DNA of 62,479 nucleotides, from assembly GCA_964568925.1 (NCBI GenBank), contig CAZMSJ010000004.1, positions 1 to 62,479 of the forward strand, in the 5' to 3' direction. The DNA is from an uncultured Gammaproteobacteria bacterium (lineage in GTDB: Bacteria > Patescibacteriota > Microgenomatia > UBA8517). The notes below the pieces were generated by a model. The model did no database searches and was not told the origin of the DNA. It worked only from the letters and a program-made list of their open reading frames with translations. Shown piece after piece: positions 17,671 to 27,231 of this stretch (position 1 is the stretch's first letter; every line of letters starts with the position of its first letter). The position numbers and the translations under genes are program-made.

Positions 17671-20577
17671 ATGGAAAAATACATCAAAGTTCGGGGTGCC
17701 CGACAACACAATCTACAAAACGTTGATTTAGACATTCCCAAAGACCGCTTAGTCGTTTTTACCGGGGTTTCTGGGAGTGGAAAGAGTTCTATGGCGTTTG
17801 ACACCATCTACGCTGAAGGACAAAGACGCTATGTAGAATCTCTTTCAACCTATGCTCGCCAATTTTTAGGCGTCATGGGCAAGCCTGACGTGGATCACAT
17901 TGAGGGGCTTTCTCCTGCCATTTCAATTGACCAGAAAACCGTTTCCCACAACCCTCGCTCAACCGTTGGAACAGTCACTGAAATTTATGACTATATGCGT
18001 CTTCTGTTTGCTCGTGTTGGGCATCCACACTGTCCAATTTGTGGACGTGAAATTGCAAGCCAATCCTTGGATCAGATTGTTGCCAAAGTTATGGTCTTAG
18101 TTGAGGAGCAAATTAAAAAAGACAAAATGGGAAGATACTTCATTATTTCTCCTGTTATTAAGGATCGAAAGGGAGAGTTTACTGCTTTGTTTGAAAACTT
18201 GAAGGCAAAAGGATTTCGACGGGTACGAATTGATGGACATGTGAGAGATTTGCAAGATGACCTTGTATTAATTAAAACCAATAAACACACCATCGAAGTT
18301 ATTGTTGATCGACTTGCAGTAACTGCAGCAGAACTAAAAGATGAAGTATCAAAGAATAATTTTGTTAAACGCTTAACTGATTCGATCGAACAATCTCTCT
18401 CCCTTTCAAACGGTCTCGTTAAAGTTTCTCGAGTCTTAGACGCAAGTTTTGAAATGCCAGAGTTTCCAAAGGAATTTGAAGATCATTTGTTCTCTGAAGC
18501 ATTTGCCTGTCCAGTCGACAACATTGAACTTCCTGAAATTGAACCACGAACATTTTCGTTTAACTCTCCACATGGTGCGTGTCCTGAATGTGCCGGTATT
18601 GGTCGCATCTTAAAAGTAAATGAGGCATTGGTCTTTGCACCAGAGCTTTCCATTAAAGAGGGCGGTATTATTCCGTTCTCAAGTATCTTTGAACATGACA
18701 CCTGGTTTTCTCGTATTTTGCTCACTGTTTGTGAAGAAAACAATATTAACGCCAGTACCGCTATCAAAAATTTAACTGCTGAGGAGAAAAAGATTATTCT
18801 GGGAGGAACTGGAAAGAGAACATACAAAGTATTTGGTCGAAACAGAATGGGTAAAGAAACTTCTATCTCAGAAGAGTTTCATGGAGTTACTGCAGAACTT
18901 GATAGGAGATACCGAGAGAGTGACAGTGACTATGTTAAAAATGCGATTGAAAAATACATGGTTGAGCAACCTTGTCCAGACTGTAAAGGAAAAAGACTTA
19001 AGCCAGAGGCATTGGCCATCACCATTGAAGGAATGTCTATTTCTGATGTGTGTGACTTAAGTATCGCGAAGTCACTTGTTTGGACCACAAATCTAACAAA
19101 CCCAAATGTGCTCTCAAATCGTGAAACCCAAATTGGAAGTTTAGTTATTAAAGAAATACGAGAACGTCTCGGTTTCTTAATTGATGTGGGACTAGACTAC
19201 ATTACTCTCTCTCGTGCAGCAGATACCCTTTCAGGTGGAGAAGCACAGCGTATTCGTTTAGCTTCCCAAATCGGTTCAGGACTCACCGGAGTCTTGTATG
19301 TCTTGGATGAACCAACGATTGGTTTGCACCCTAGGGACAATCTTCGATTAATTGAAACACTCAAAAGAATGAGAGAGCTTGGAAACTCTGTTGTTGTTGT
19401 AGAACACGATCGGGATGTCATGCTTTCAGCTGACTATATTTTTGATTTTGGACCAGCCGCAGGAAAGCATGGAGGAACTGTTGTTGCCAAAGGTACACCA
19501 GAGCAGTTAATGAATGACAAGCATTCGGTCACCGGACCTTATTTAGCTGATGCCAATAGAATTAACATTAGAAAGCCAAAGCCACGTGAGACGAAAGGGA
19601 CATTAACCTTGTCTGGTGCAAGACAATTTAACTTGAAAAACCTCACCTTAAAGATTCCTCTTGGAAAATTGACAGCAGTCTCTGGTGTTTCTGGAAGTGG
19701 TAAATCTACTTTAGTAGTTGAGACCTTGTACCACGCAATGCAGAAAGAATTACTTCGAAATTATCGACACCCAATTGGAGAATATGACCAAGTGCATGGC
19801 ATGGAAAACATCGACAAAGCAATTTTAATTGACCAGTCACCAATCGGAAGAACACCACGAAGTAACCCTGCAACATACACCAAGGTCTTTGATCTTATCC
19901 GTGATGTCTTCTCTGGAACACGAGAAGCAAAGGCCATGGGATTCAAAAAGGGACGATTTTCATTTAACGTAAAAGGTGGACGATGTGAGGCCTGTGAAGG
20001 ACAAGGACAAGTAAAGATTGAAATGCAGTTTATGCCTGACTTGTGGGTTACTTGTGAAGTCTGTAAAGGTGCACGATTTAATAGTCAAACCTTGGAAGTT
20101 CTCTATAAGGGAAAAAACATTGCTGAGGTACTCAAAATGACTGTTGGAGAAGCAAAGGAATTTTTCCATGTGTACCCAAACATCACTTCAAAGATTGAGA
20201 CACTTTCTGCAGTAGGACTTGATTATATGGAGTTAGGCCAAAGTGCTACAACACTCTCTGGAGGAGAAGCCCAACGGGTGAAACTTGCTACAGAGCTTGC
20301 TCGACGAGCAACTGGAAACACAGTCTACATTTTAGATGAACCAACGACAGGCTTACACTTCAAAGATCTTGAGAAACTCTTGGCTGTGTTAAATATTCTT
20401 GTTGAAAGAGGTAACACCGTTGTTGTTGTTGAACACAATCTTGATGTTATTAAAAATGCAGACTTTGTTGTTGATATGGGACCTGAAGGTGGAGAAGGTG
20501 GAGGATATATCGTTTCACAAGGAACACCAGATGACATTAAAAAAGACCCTCAAAGTGTGACAGGTAAGTTTTTGTAA
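17671..20577 (+). CDS. uvrA: Excinuclease ABC subunit A
   Basis: Two ABC modules (GVSGSGKSS and GVSGSGKST), two LSGGE signatures, and CxxC zinc-finger pairs. Length 968 aa. Confidence 0.95.
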   Translation: MEKYIKVRGARQHNLQNVDLDIPKDRLVVFTGVSGSGKSSMAFDTIYAEGQRRYVESLSTYARQFLGVMGKPDVDHIEGLSPAISIDQKTVSHNPRSTVGTVTEIYDYMRLLFARVGHPHCPICGREIASQSLDQIVAKVMVLVEEQIKKDKMGRYFIISPVIKDRKGEFTALFENLKAKGFRRVRIDGHVRDLQDDLVLIKTNKHTIEVIVDRLAVTAAELKDEVSKNNFVKRLTDSIEQSLSLSNGLVKVSRVLDASFEMPEFPKEFEDHLFSEAFACPVDNIELPEIEPRTFSFNSPHGACPECAGIGRILKVNEALVFAPELSIKEGGIIPFSSIFEHDTWFSRILLTVCEENNINASTAIKNLTAEEKKIILGGTGKRTYKVFGRNRMGKETSISEEFHGVTAELDRRYRESDSDYVKNAIEKYMVEQPCPDCKGKRLKPEALAITIEGMSISDVCDLSIAKSLVWTTNLTNPNVLSNRETQIGSLVIKEIRERLGFLIDVGLDYITLSRAADTLSGGEAQRIRLASQIGSGLTGVLYVLDEPTIGLHPRDNLRLIETLKRMRELGNSVVVVEHDRDVMLSADYIFDFGPAAGKHGGTVVAKGTPEQLMNDKHSVTGPYLADANRINIRKPKPRETKGTLTLSGARQFNLKNLTLKIPLGKLTAVSGVSGSGKSTLVVETLYHAMQKELLRNYRHPIGEYDQVHGMENIDKAILIDQSPIGRTPRSNPATYTKVFDLIRDVFSGTREAKAMGFKKGRFSFNVKGGRCEACEGQGQVKIEMQFMPDLWVTCEVCKGARFNSQTLEVLYKGKNIAEVLKMTVGEAKEFFHVYPNITSKIETLSAVGLDYMELGQSATTLSGGEAQRVKLATELARRATGNTVYILDEPTTGLHFKDLEKLLAVLNILVERGNTVVVVEHNLDVIKNADFVVDMGPEGGEGGGYIVSQGTPDDIKKDPQSVTGKFL

Positions 20578-20610
20578 TTCTTCGCGGATTTTCCTTTTAG
20601 ATAATTCTTC

Positions 20611-23577
20611 TTATCGAATATCCACTGACCCATCTGGGAAGAATGTCATCATTGTACCTTCATATGTGGCAACGACGTCATCAGGATAAAATACAGTTGC
20701 CGCTCTCCCTGTTGGGGCAGTAACTGGTAGGTTCAATTCTCGGGCGAGAGCTTCAGCTAATGGTTCCATATTATTTGGACAAGCAGCTGCATAGCATACT
20801 GAAAGTAACACTCCAGATGTTCCATCATTTATTTGTCCACTTGCAACAATCAATTGTGCCATTTCTTGTACTGTTGCCGGTTGCCCGTTTATTACAAAGA
20901 CAACTGAACCATCAGGATAGACACCCCCATGTCCACCGACAACAATTTCTCCTGGCTTTGCAATTTGTGCTGCCCAGCTTTCTGCATTCTGTACAGCAAC
21001 TGAGTCAGTTGGGTCGGCATAAACGATTGTTGGTGCCGAATTACTTCCGCCAATTGCTACCCCATATGCACCTGCAGAGTCAGTCAATAATCCTTGTTTT
21101 TGAAGATATACATAGAGTTCGTATTCTGTTTCACATGTTGGGCATAGGTTTAGTAATGATGCAAAATCATTTTTAAATACTGAAGGTGTTATCTTTCCGT
21201 TTGCTGCAACAATGTCGTCAACGACATTTGTTGGTAATGTTGCTTCTGAAACTGAAACACCTGCTCCAAATTGGAAATTTTGAGCAATACTTTGTGGTAA
21301 TGAAACGAGGAACTTTGCCCATCCAACGAGCGATTGTGAAACGTTCAGCCCATTAATTACGACTAAAGCTGCTTCAAGTACACAACTTGATCTCTTTCCT
21401 TCACCATATTCTTTTATACAAAGCTTGTATGCATCAATTGATGCGTTTGTTGCTGATACTCCTCCAAGTGACAAAGCGTCTGCAGATTGATATAACCCAA
21501 GTCCTATACACTGTAGACCTGAAAGTTGACCAGTCGAGCATGCTTGTCGTAATGCATTTGTTCGATCAATCCATTGTTGAATACCTGGTTCGAAAGGTCG
21601 GCATTGTGCACCAAAAGCAATTACAAGACCACTAGTCGGACAGTAACAAGATCTACTATCTCGACAGTAGTCATTTGCTGCAATACTTGGCTGACAATAA
21701 TCACCTGGAGCGATAAATTGATTTCCACATACACATTTACCACCTGTTGCTGGACAAGTCTGGCCAACATTAACTGTTATCGGGAAATTCGCGTTTTTAC
21801 AAACACATGAATTTGGGTCTGACGTATATGTACTATGTCCACAAACACCTGGTAACCCATCCGCATCTGTACACTTTGAACCAACAGTACCACCAAAATC
21901 ACAACTTCCCGCACCTCCTTGGCAAAGATTTGTTTGTCCATAAACTACACAAGATTTTGTATCTGAATAATACCTACAACCTGCAAGAATACAACCGATT
22001 TGATTACCGCTATTTTTCTCACACGTTGTATTTGGGTCAGCTGCGGCAGGCGCTGTTGTTGGCGGAATATAAGCAGGCTTTGTTCCACAGTAGGTTAGGC
22101 CATTTGCTTGATATGTTGCGTTCCCTGAACAACATGGTTTTGTACTTCCAACAGCTTTTACATTTCTATCTGCAATACATGAGAGTGGTATACATTTGTT
22201 GTTCGCAAAATCGTATTGGCAAGAATTTCCACCAGCTTCACATGTTGAAATTGTTGTGTATTGCCCACAGGCAGCTATTTGCCCAGCCACTGTTGTACAG
22301 TTATTGCTGTCAGCTCTTTTGACAGACGAGTTCCCTCCACAGAAGAATTGTTGTCCACTTTGTGCTATTTGTGACTCATACTTCCATCTTGCTTCACCGT
22401 TACACCAGACGTTGTTGAATGAAGTTTGTTGAGCTCCATCTGCACATTGGTTTCCACATTGCCACTGACCGGTTGCACATGTAGCTGTTGGCTTAATACC
22501 ACCACAGTTAAATCCATTTTGTGCAAATGTTTTTGAACAACCAACTGGACATGCACAAACACCCGCTGCACTATTACAGACCTGAATACAGGAGTTAATT
22601 GTTGTTGGCTTGTTACTACAAAAACCATTTGATGTTATGTCTGAGAAACTGTTCCAGGTACAAGATGGGTTTGCTTGGCATACTGCAATACCTTTGAGAG
22701 CAGAACAATTTAGCGTAACAACTTGGCCCCCACATGTTGCCCCAGACCCAAGTGACACTGATGTTTTCGCACATCCTGGTGGGCAGGTACAACTTCCGTT
22801 CAATGGACAAGGACTGATACAGGTACTGAGTGCATAGCTTCCCGTTTCCGTTTGTTGTGTGCACTTGTTGTTTGACCACAGACATGTTGCGGTATATCCA
22901 CATTCGAATTCGTTCGTTATCGTTGAACAAACCTTTGTTGTGCCTCCAGCTGGAATAGATGTTGGTGACGGAGAGGTAGATGGCTTTTGGCAATCAAGTG
23001 TTTCGTGTGCAACACCATTAACACAGGTATTCCAGCAAGCTCCTTGTCTCCAGAATGAATTATGCGGATGAATTCCACAGGAGGCTCCACTGGTTGGTTG
23101 TGGTGTTCCAACTGGTGGGGCAGTAATAACGGGAGGCGGTGTTGGAAGCCCTGATGGTCGAGGTGTTGCTGTTGGAGTGAGTGTCGCAGTTGGATTACAA
23201 GAAATTTGTATGGTTAATCCATTCCGACACATATAGGTGCACCCAAGGCTTAACCATTGAGAGCCGTTGGGATGTACACCACAGGGCTTTGGTGTTGCAG
23301 GAGGATTTGTTGGTCCAACAGGAGGCGCCGTTACAACTGGTGGCATGGTTGGAGGAACTGGAGTAGGAGGTTTGGGTGTTGGTTTTGGAGTTGGCTTTGG
23401 CGTTGCACAACTTCCAATTGGTAGCCATTGTGCACCTGAAGCTGGACAATATTGTTTAACCCCACCTACACACTGAGTTGCACCAGCTGTTGGGCATTGG
23501 GCTGCCTGAACAGTAATAGGGAAGACAACAAAGAGACCAAAAACCAACGCGAGGGTGCTAATTACTCTTCTGTACAT
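20611..23577 (-). CDS. Large secreted cysteine-rich modular protein (988 aa)
   Basis: Signal peptide (…FPITVQA/AQ), two Pro/Thr linkers, and repeated Cys modules (about 70 Cys by hand count). The C-terminal roughly 190 aa form a distinct domain with GGHGG...SVC. Confidence 0.8.
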   Translation of the reverse strand: MYRRVISTLALVFGLFVVFPITVQAAQCPTAGATQCVGGVKQYCPASGAQWLPIGSCATPKPTPKPTPKPPTPVPPTMPPVVTAPPVGPTNPPATPKPCGVHPNGSQWLSLGCTYMCRNGLTIQISCNPTATLTPTATPRPSGLPTPPPVITAPPVGTPQPTSGASCGIHPHNSFWRQGACWNTCVNGVAHETLDCQKPSTSPSPTSIPAGGTTKVCSTITNEFECGYTATCLWSNNKCTQQTETGSYALSTCISPCPLNGSCTCPPGCAKTSVSLGSGATCGGQVVTLNCSALKGIAVCQANPSCTWNSFSDITSNGFCSNKPTTINSCIQVCNSAAGVCACPVGCSKTFAQNGFNCGGIKPTATCATGQWQCGNQCADGAQQTSFNNVWCNGEARWKYESQIAQSGQQFFCGGNSSVKRADSNNCTTVAGQIAACGQYTTISTCEAGGNSCQYDFANNKCIPLSCIADRNVKAVGSTKPCCSGNATYQANGLTYCGTKPAYIPPTTAPAAADPNTTCEKNSGNQIGCILAGCRYYSDTKSCVVYGQTNLCQGGAGSCDFGGTVGSKCTDADGLPGVCGHSTYTSDPNSCVCKNANFPITVNVGQTCPATGGKCVCGNQFIAPGDYCQPSIAANDYCRDSRSCYCPTSGLVIAFGAQCRPFEPGIQQWIDRTNALRQACSTGQLSGLQCIGLGLYQSADALSLGGVSATNASIDAYKLCIKEYGEGKRSSCVLEAALVVINGLNVSQSLVGWAKFLVSLPQSIAQNFQFGAGVSVSEATLPTNVVDDIVAANGKITPSVFKNDFASLLNLCPTCETEYELYVYLQKQGLLTDSAGAYGVAIGGSNSAPTIVYADPTDSVAVQNAESWAAQIAKPGEIVVGGHGGVYPDGSVVFVINGQPATVQEMAQLIVASGQINDGTSGVLLSVCYAAACPNNMEPLAEALARELNLPVTAPTGRAATVFYPDDVVATYEGTMMTFFPDGSVDIR

Positions 23578-24593
23578 AGTGGTGAATTAAAACGCGGATA
23601 ACCAATAAAATTCTCATTTCCTAGTATCATCGGTGAACTTTTCAGTAAACAATAAAAGATTCCCGTTTTAGGATCTAGATTTAAGTGTGACAGAGTTTCA
23701 TTTGTTTGGTCAACATCGTTCTTCCAGAAATTATTGTCACTACCAGTAACTTCCATTGTTGAGTCGAGCGCTGTTCCATTTTGAACGAACAGAGTTTTAC
23801 TGAGGTCTATCTTTGTTGGTACATCACCATATATATAGAGCCCAATTTTCTTTGAGTCAGCAATTGTTACGCCTTCAATGGAAGTTTTTTCTGGGTAAAT
23901 TAAAGAAACAGCGTTGTTTGCACTTTGTACAAGAAGATTATTTGTAAAGGTAAGATTTGATTGGGTTGCCTGTAGGTGATCAGTGTTTTTTACAAATTGA
24001 GAGTTGTTGATGATAACCGAAGGAGTCTTGTCAGTTGTAATCCCGGTAACTGAATCTCCAATGTATGCATTTTCAACAAATACTTCGGTTGCTTGTTGTG
24101 CAGCAACAACTGTTCCACTTTTGTTTTGTAACTTACTGTCAGCTATTTTAATTTTTGCATTTTCTGATACATCAAACAGAGCTGACTTACTATCTCCAAT
24201 AACTGAAACCCAAGAAAGTGACAATACACTATTAGTTAGTCGCACATTACTGGTCATTTGTATTTGAATGTCTGTATTTGAGTCAGATTGATTGCCTTCA
24301 ATAACGACATTCATATTGTCTAGTTTAATCGGGTGTGAAATTGTGTAGGTCCCACGGTTAACAAAGATAGTAGCTTGACTGGATGTATTAATAGAAGCAA
24401 GTGCTGCTTCAAGATCTGTGCATGGACCTTCTTTTGTTACAACGACCTGGTTATCGTCATCAAGGAAACAATTTCCAGCTGCACTTGATCTGTTTATAGT
24501 TGGAGCTGCAATTTGAAGAGACAAAATCATGAGGAGGCTAAAAGCCAAAACTGCTGGTGCTGCTAGTAGTGTCCAGACTCGGACATGTTTCAT
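23562..24593 (-). CDS. Secreted parallel beta-helix repeat-like protein
   Basis: N-terminal signal or anchor. Roughly 22-aa periodic N/S/T-rich repeats (NSQFVKN, TFTNNLL, VQNGTAL). Its stop overlaps the start of the 988-aa gene by 16 nt. Confidence 0.5.
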   Translation of the reverse strand: MKHVRVWTLLAAPAVLAFSLLMILSLQIAAPTINRSSAAGNCFLDDDNQVVVTKEGPCTDLEAALASINTSSQATIFVNRGTYTISHPIKLDNMNVVIEGNQSDSNTDIQIQMTSNVRLTNSVLSLSWVSVIGDSKSALFDVSENAKIKIADSKLQNKSGTVVAAQQATEVFVENAYIGDSVTGITTDKTPSVIINNSQFVKNTDHLQATQSNLTFTNNLLVQSANNAVSLIYPEKTSIEGVTIADSKKIGLYIYGDVPTKIDLSKTLFVQNGTALDSTMEVTGSDNNFWKNDVDQTNETLSHLNLDPKTGIFYCLLKSSPMILGNENFIGYPRFNSPLCTEE

Positions 24594-24637
24594 ACTCTCA
24601 TATTACATGTTATTACTAGATACTGTACACTGACAGT

Positions 24638-25408
24638 ATGAAGCGAGTGTTTGCCATCTTCTTAGTTTTGTCCCTCCTTGTTTTCATCCCAAAAACAGTT
24701 TTAGCGAGTGATAGTTGTACTTTAGGTGAGCCACGAGTCAGTCGTAATCCAGATGGGTCATTTAATGTTGACGTTGCAGCTAACGCTTCAGGTCTTTCGG
24801 TTGGACCTAATTATCATTTAGTTATTGATTCAGGTACCACTGGAGATGTTGGCGGGAACTTAGGCAGCGAACGGGAAGTATTTGCGTTTCGTATTCCAAC
24901 CCTTCCATCTTCATACGCGGGATCAACTCATTTGGTGTATGTAAAAGATGTTACTTGTGTTGATTCTGATGTTGCTTCATGTGCTCCAGGAGGAATAAAG
25001 GGACCTTGTGTTCGTCCAGTCTTTTTTGATCCAAATGCTCTCGGTCCACAAGACTTGTCTACGCTCGCTCTTCCTCGGGCAGCAAAACAATTCAGTGTCT
25101 ATGAAGGTGGTTGTGACACATCTGCCGGTCCACTAACAGGAGTACAAACGGCAATTGGGTGTGTTCCTGTTGGCAACGTTACCGCCATGACTGCCTTTGC
25201 ATTACGATGGGCATTAGGAATTGCCAGTGGTGTCGGATTTTTAATGATTATTGTTGCAGGATATCGATATATGACCAGCAAAGGTGACCCAACGATTGTT
25301 ACCAGTGCAAAAGACTTGGCGACTGCTGCGGTCTATGGCATTTTAATGATTATTTTCTCAATTTTTATTCTTCGCATTATTGGAATAAATATATTGGGAC
25401 TTTTCTAA
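24638..25408 (+). CDS. Secreted protein with C-terminal TrbC/VirB2-like (T4SS-pilin-type) two-TM domain
   Basis: Signal peptide. The C-terminus TAIGCVP...FALRWALGIASGVGFLMIIVAGYRYMTSKGDPTIVTSAKDLATAAVYGILMIIFSIFIL matches, from memory, the pilin-like family common in CPR genomes. Confidence 0.55.
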   Translation: MKRVFAIFLVLSLLVFIPKTVLASDSCTLGEPRVSRNPDGSFNVDVAANASGLSVGPNYHLVIDSGTTGDVGGNLGSEREVFAFRIPTLPSSYAGSTHLVYVKDVTCVDSDVASCAPGGIKGPCVRPVFFDPNALGPQDLSTLALPRAAKQFSVYEGGCDTSAGPLTGVQTAIGCVPVGNVTAMTAFALRWALGIASGVGFLMIIVAGYRYMTSKGDPTIVTSAKDLATAAVYGILMIIFSIFILRIIGINILGLF

Positions 25409-25437
25409 TTCCCTTCGTGTACAATGTGGCCTCACAC

Positions 25438-27231
25438 ATGAAGAACATTTTGATAGTCCTTGTTACCCTGTTTCTTTTGTCTCCAGTTTCTGTATATGCA
25501 TCTGATTCACCGTTTGATATTCGTATTAATTCAACCTACACGTTGAAAGATGCTGGAAAAACACAAGCAGAGCACGAGATTTCAATACGGAACATAACAA
25601 CGGAGAAATTTGCTGAGTCAATTGATATTACGTTGTCTGATATTTTGTATGACTCAGTTGTGGCCTATGAAAATGGGGTAAAGCTTGCTGTTAGTTCCGT
25701 CTCAACAAATCCTCCCGTTTATAAAATAGTCTTTATCGATAAAGTTGTTGGTCGTGACCAAGTACGGAAGTTTATTTTGCAGACTGAGGACCACACATCG
25801 ATGAAGAAAGCTGGCGAAGTTTGGGAAGTGCGTCTACCAACCATTCTTGGAGACTTTAATAGGAAACGTCTTACAGTGAAAGCAGATAAGTCACTCGGGG
25901 AAATTGCAACGGTACGCCCTGAGCCAACAAAATTAAGTGATACGACTATTTCCTTTGAAAATGTAGGGGAGCATGAAATCTTTTTAGTCTTTGGTAAGTT
26001 TCAAGTATTAACCTTTGAATTAGGGTATGACTTAGTTAACAGGAGTAACGCAAGTGAAACCCGTGAACTTCCCGTTCCACCTGATACTGCTTATCAGAGA
26101 GTTCATCTAACAAACATTACACCGACCCCGACCAATATGCGGGTCGATGATGATGGCAATTGGATAGCACAATATAGCCTTAGTGCAGGACAGAAAATCC
26201 ATGTTGTTGCACGAGGTTCAGTTCAAGTCTATGAGTCTCCTATCCACTTTTTAAATAAACCAACCACAACTGACACAAATATCGGAGAAGCACCGTTCTG
26301 GGAAACTACAGACAGTCAATTGCTTGGTGTGGCAAACACTCTGACTGATGCACGTTCAGTGTATGACTATGTAGTCAATCATTTGTCATATGACTATCAG
26401 CGTGCACAAACTGATGGGAAACGAATGGGAGCACTGGCCGCATTTCAAAATCCTGAGTCAGCGTTGTGTCAGGAATTTTCTGATTTGTTTGTTACCTTAA
26501 TGCGTGCGAAAGGAATTCCTGCAAGAGTTGTAAATGGGTATGCCGTTGTTGATGATGAACGACTTACTCCACTTTCACAAAAGGGAGATGTGTTACATGC
26601 ATGGCCAGAGTATTGGGATAAGGATCGTGGGCTGTGGGTTGCCGTTGACCCAACCTGGGGAAAAACATCGGGTTTAAATTACTTTGATCGAATGGACTTT
26701 AAACGTATCGCATTTGTGATGCATGGGGAGTCCTCAGAGCTGCCACTTCCTCCTGGAAGTTTTCAACTTGAAGGAAGTGATGAGAAACTTATTTCTGTTT
26801 CCATTGGCACCTGGAATCAAGATCAAAACCAAGTGCAAGTTTCCTTAAGTGAAGAAAGTAGATTTCCTCTTTTTACATTGTCATTTGTTGCCAGGGTTGC
26901 AAACGTCGGTACCACAGCTTTTTACAATCAACGAGTGACAATTAAAACAGACAAGAGTGTAATCTCTGATTCAGTTGTTCCGGTGCTTCTTCCATATAGT
27001 CAGCTAGTTTATCCAATTCGAATTAAAGCCGGAATATTGGGAAATAGTTTGCCTCAGACCATTTCTATCGTGTCTGATGAGAGTGCGCGGGAACTTCCCA
27101 TTTCAAAGTCAGGTGTCACGATGACTCAATTACCACTTATTCTTTTGATTCTCACTCTTGCTGCCATTACAATTGTTGTAGTTGTCCCTCGACATCGAAA
27201 ATTCACCTTAAAGCATTTTTTGCGAACATGA
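25438..27231 (+). CDS. Transglutaminase-like cysteine protease-fold surface protein
   Basis: Signal peptide from the ATG at 25438. Core LCQEFSDLFVTLMRAKGIPARVVNGY ... HAWPEYW ... VAVDPT (Cys-His-Asp). C-terminal TM anchor. Confidence 0.8.
   Translation: MKNILIVLVTLFLLSPVSVYASDSPFDIRINSTYTLKDAGKTQAEHEISIRNITTEKFAESIDITLSDILYDSVVAYENGVKLAVSSVSTNPPVYKIVFIDKVVGRDQVRKFILQTEDHTSMKKAGEVWEVRLPTILGDFNRKRLTVKADKSLGEIATVRPEPTKLSDTTISFENVGEHEIFLVFGKFQVLTFELGYDLVNRSNASETRELPVPPDTAYQRVHLTNITPTPTNMRVDDDGNWIAQYSLSAGQKIHVVARGSVQVYESPIHFLNKPTTTDTNIGEAPFWETTDSQLLGVANTLTDARSVYDYVVNHLSYDYQRAQTDGKRMGALAAFQNPESALCQEFSDLFVTLMRAKGIPARVVNGYAVVDDERLTPLSQKGDVLHAWPEYWDKDRGLWVAVDPTWGKTSGLNYFDRMDFKRIAFVMHGESSELPLPPGSFQLEGSDEKLISVSIGTWNQDQNQVQVSLSEESRFPLFTLSFVARVANVGTTAFYNQRVTIKTDKSVISDSVVPVLLPYSQLVYPIRIKAGILGNSLPQTISIVSDESARELPISKSGVTMTQLPLILLILTLAAITIVVVVPRHRKFTLKHFLRT

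Noticed and set aside
20611-21180. Giant protein as a polymorphic toxin with a downstream immunity gene.
   Set aside because: The gene ends 33 nt from the convergent uvrA stop, so there is no room for an immunity ORF.
23284-23406. DNA-level short tandem repeats (GGTTTTGG/GGTGTTGG type) that could be mistaken for a repeat array.
   Set aside because: They simply encode the KPTPKPTPKP Pro/Thr linker of the giant protein.
20760-23476. Many 60-170-aa ORFs on the plus strand and in alternate frames inside the 988-aa gene (e.g. 20760..21176, 21807..22322, 22616..22993).
   Set aside because: They are antisense or out of frame to a long coherent ORF with signal peptide and repeated modules. They have low-complexity or odd composition (His/Leu/Gln rich) and no SD. 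They are typical shadow ORFs.
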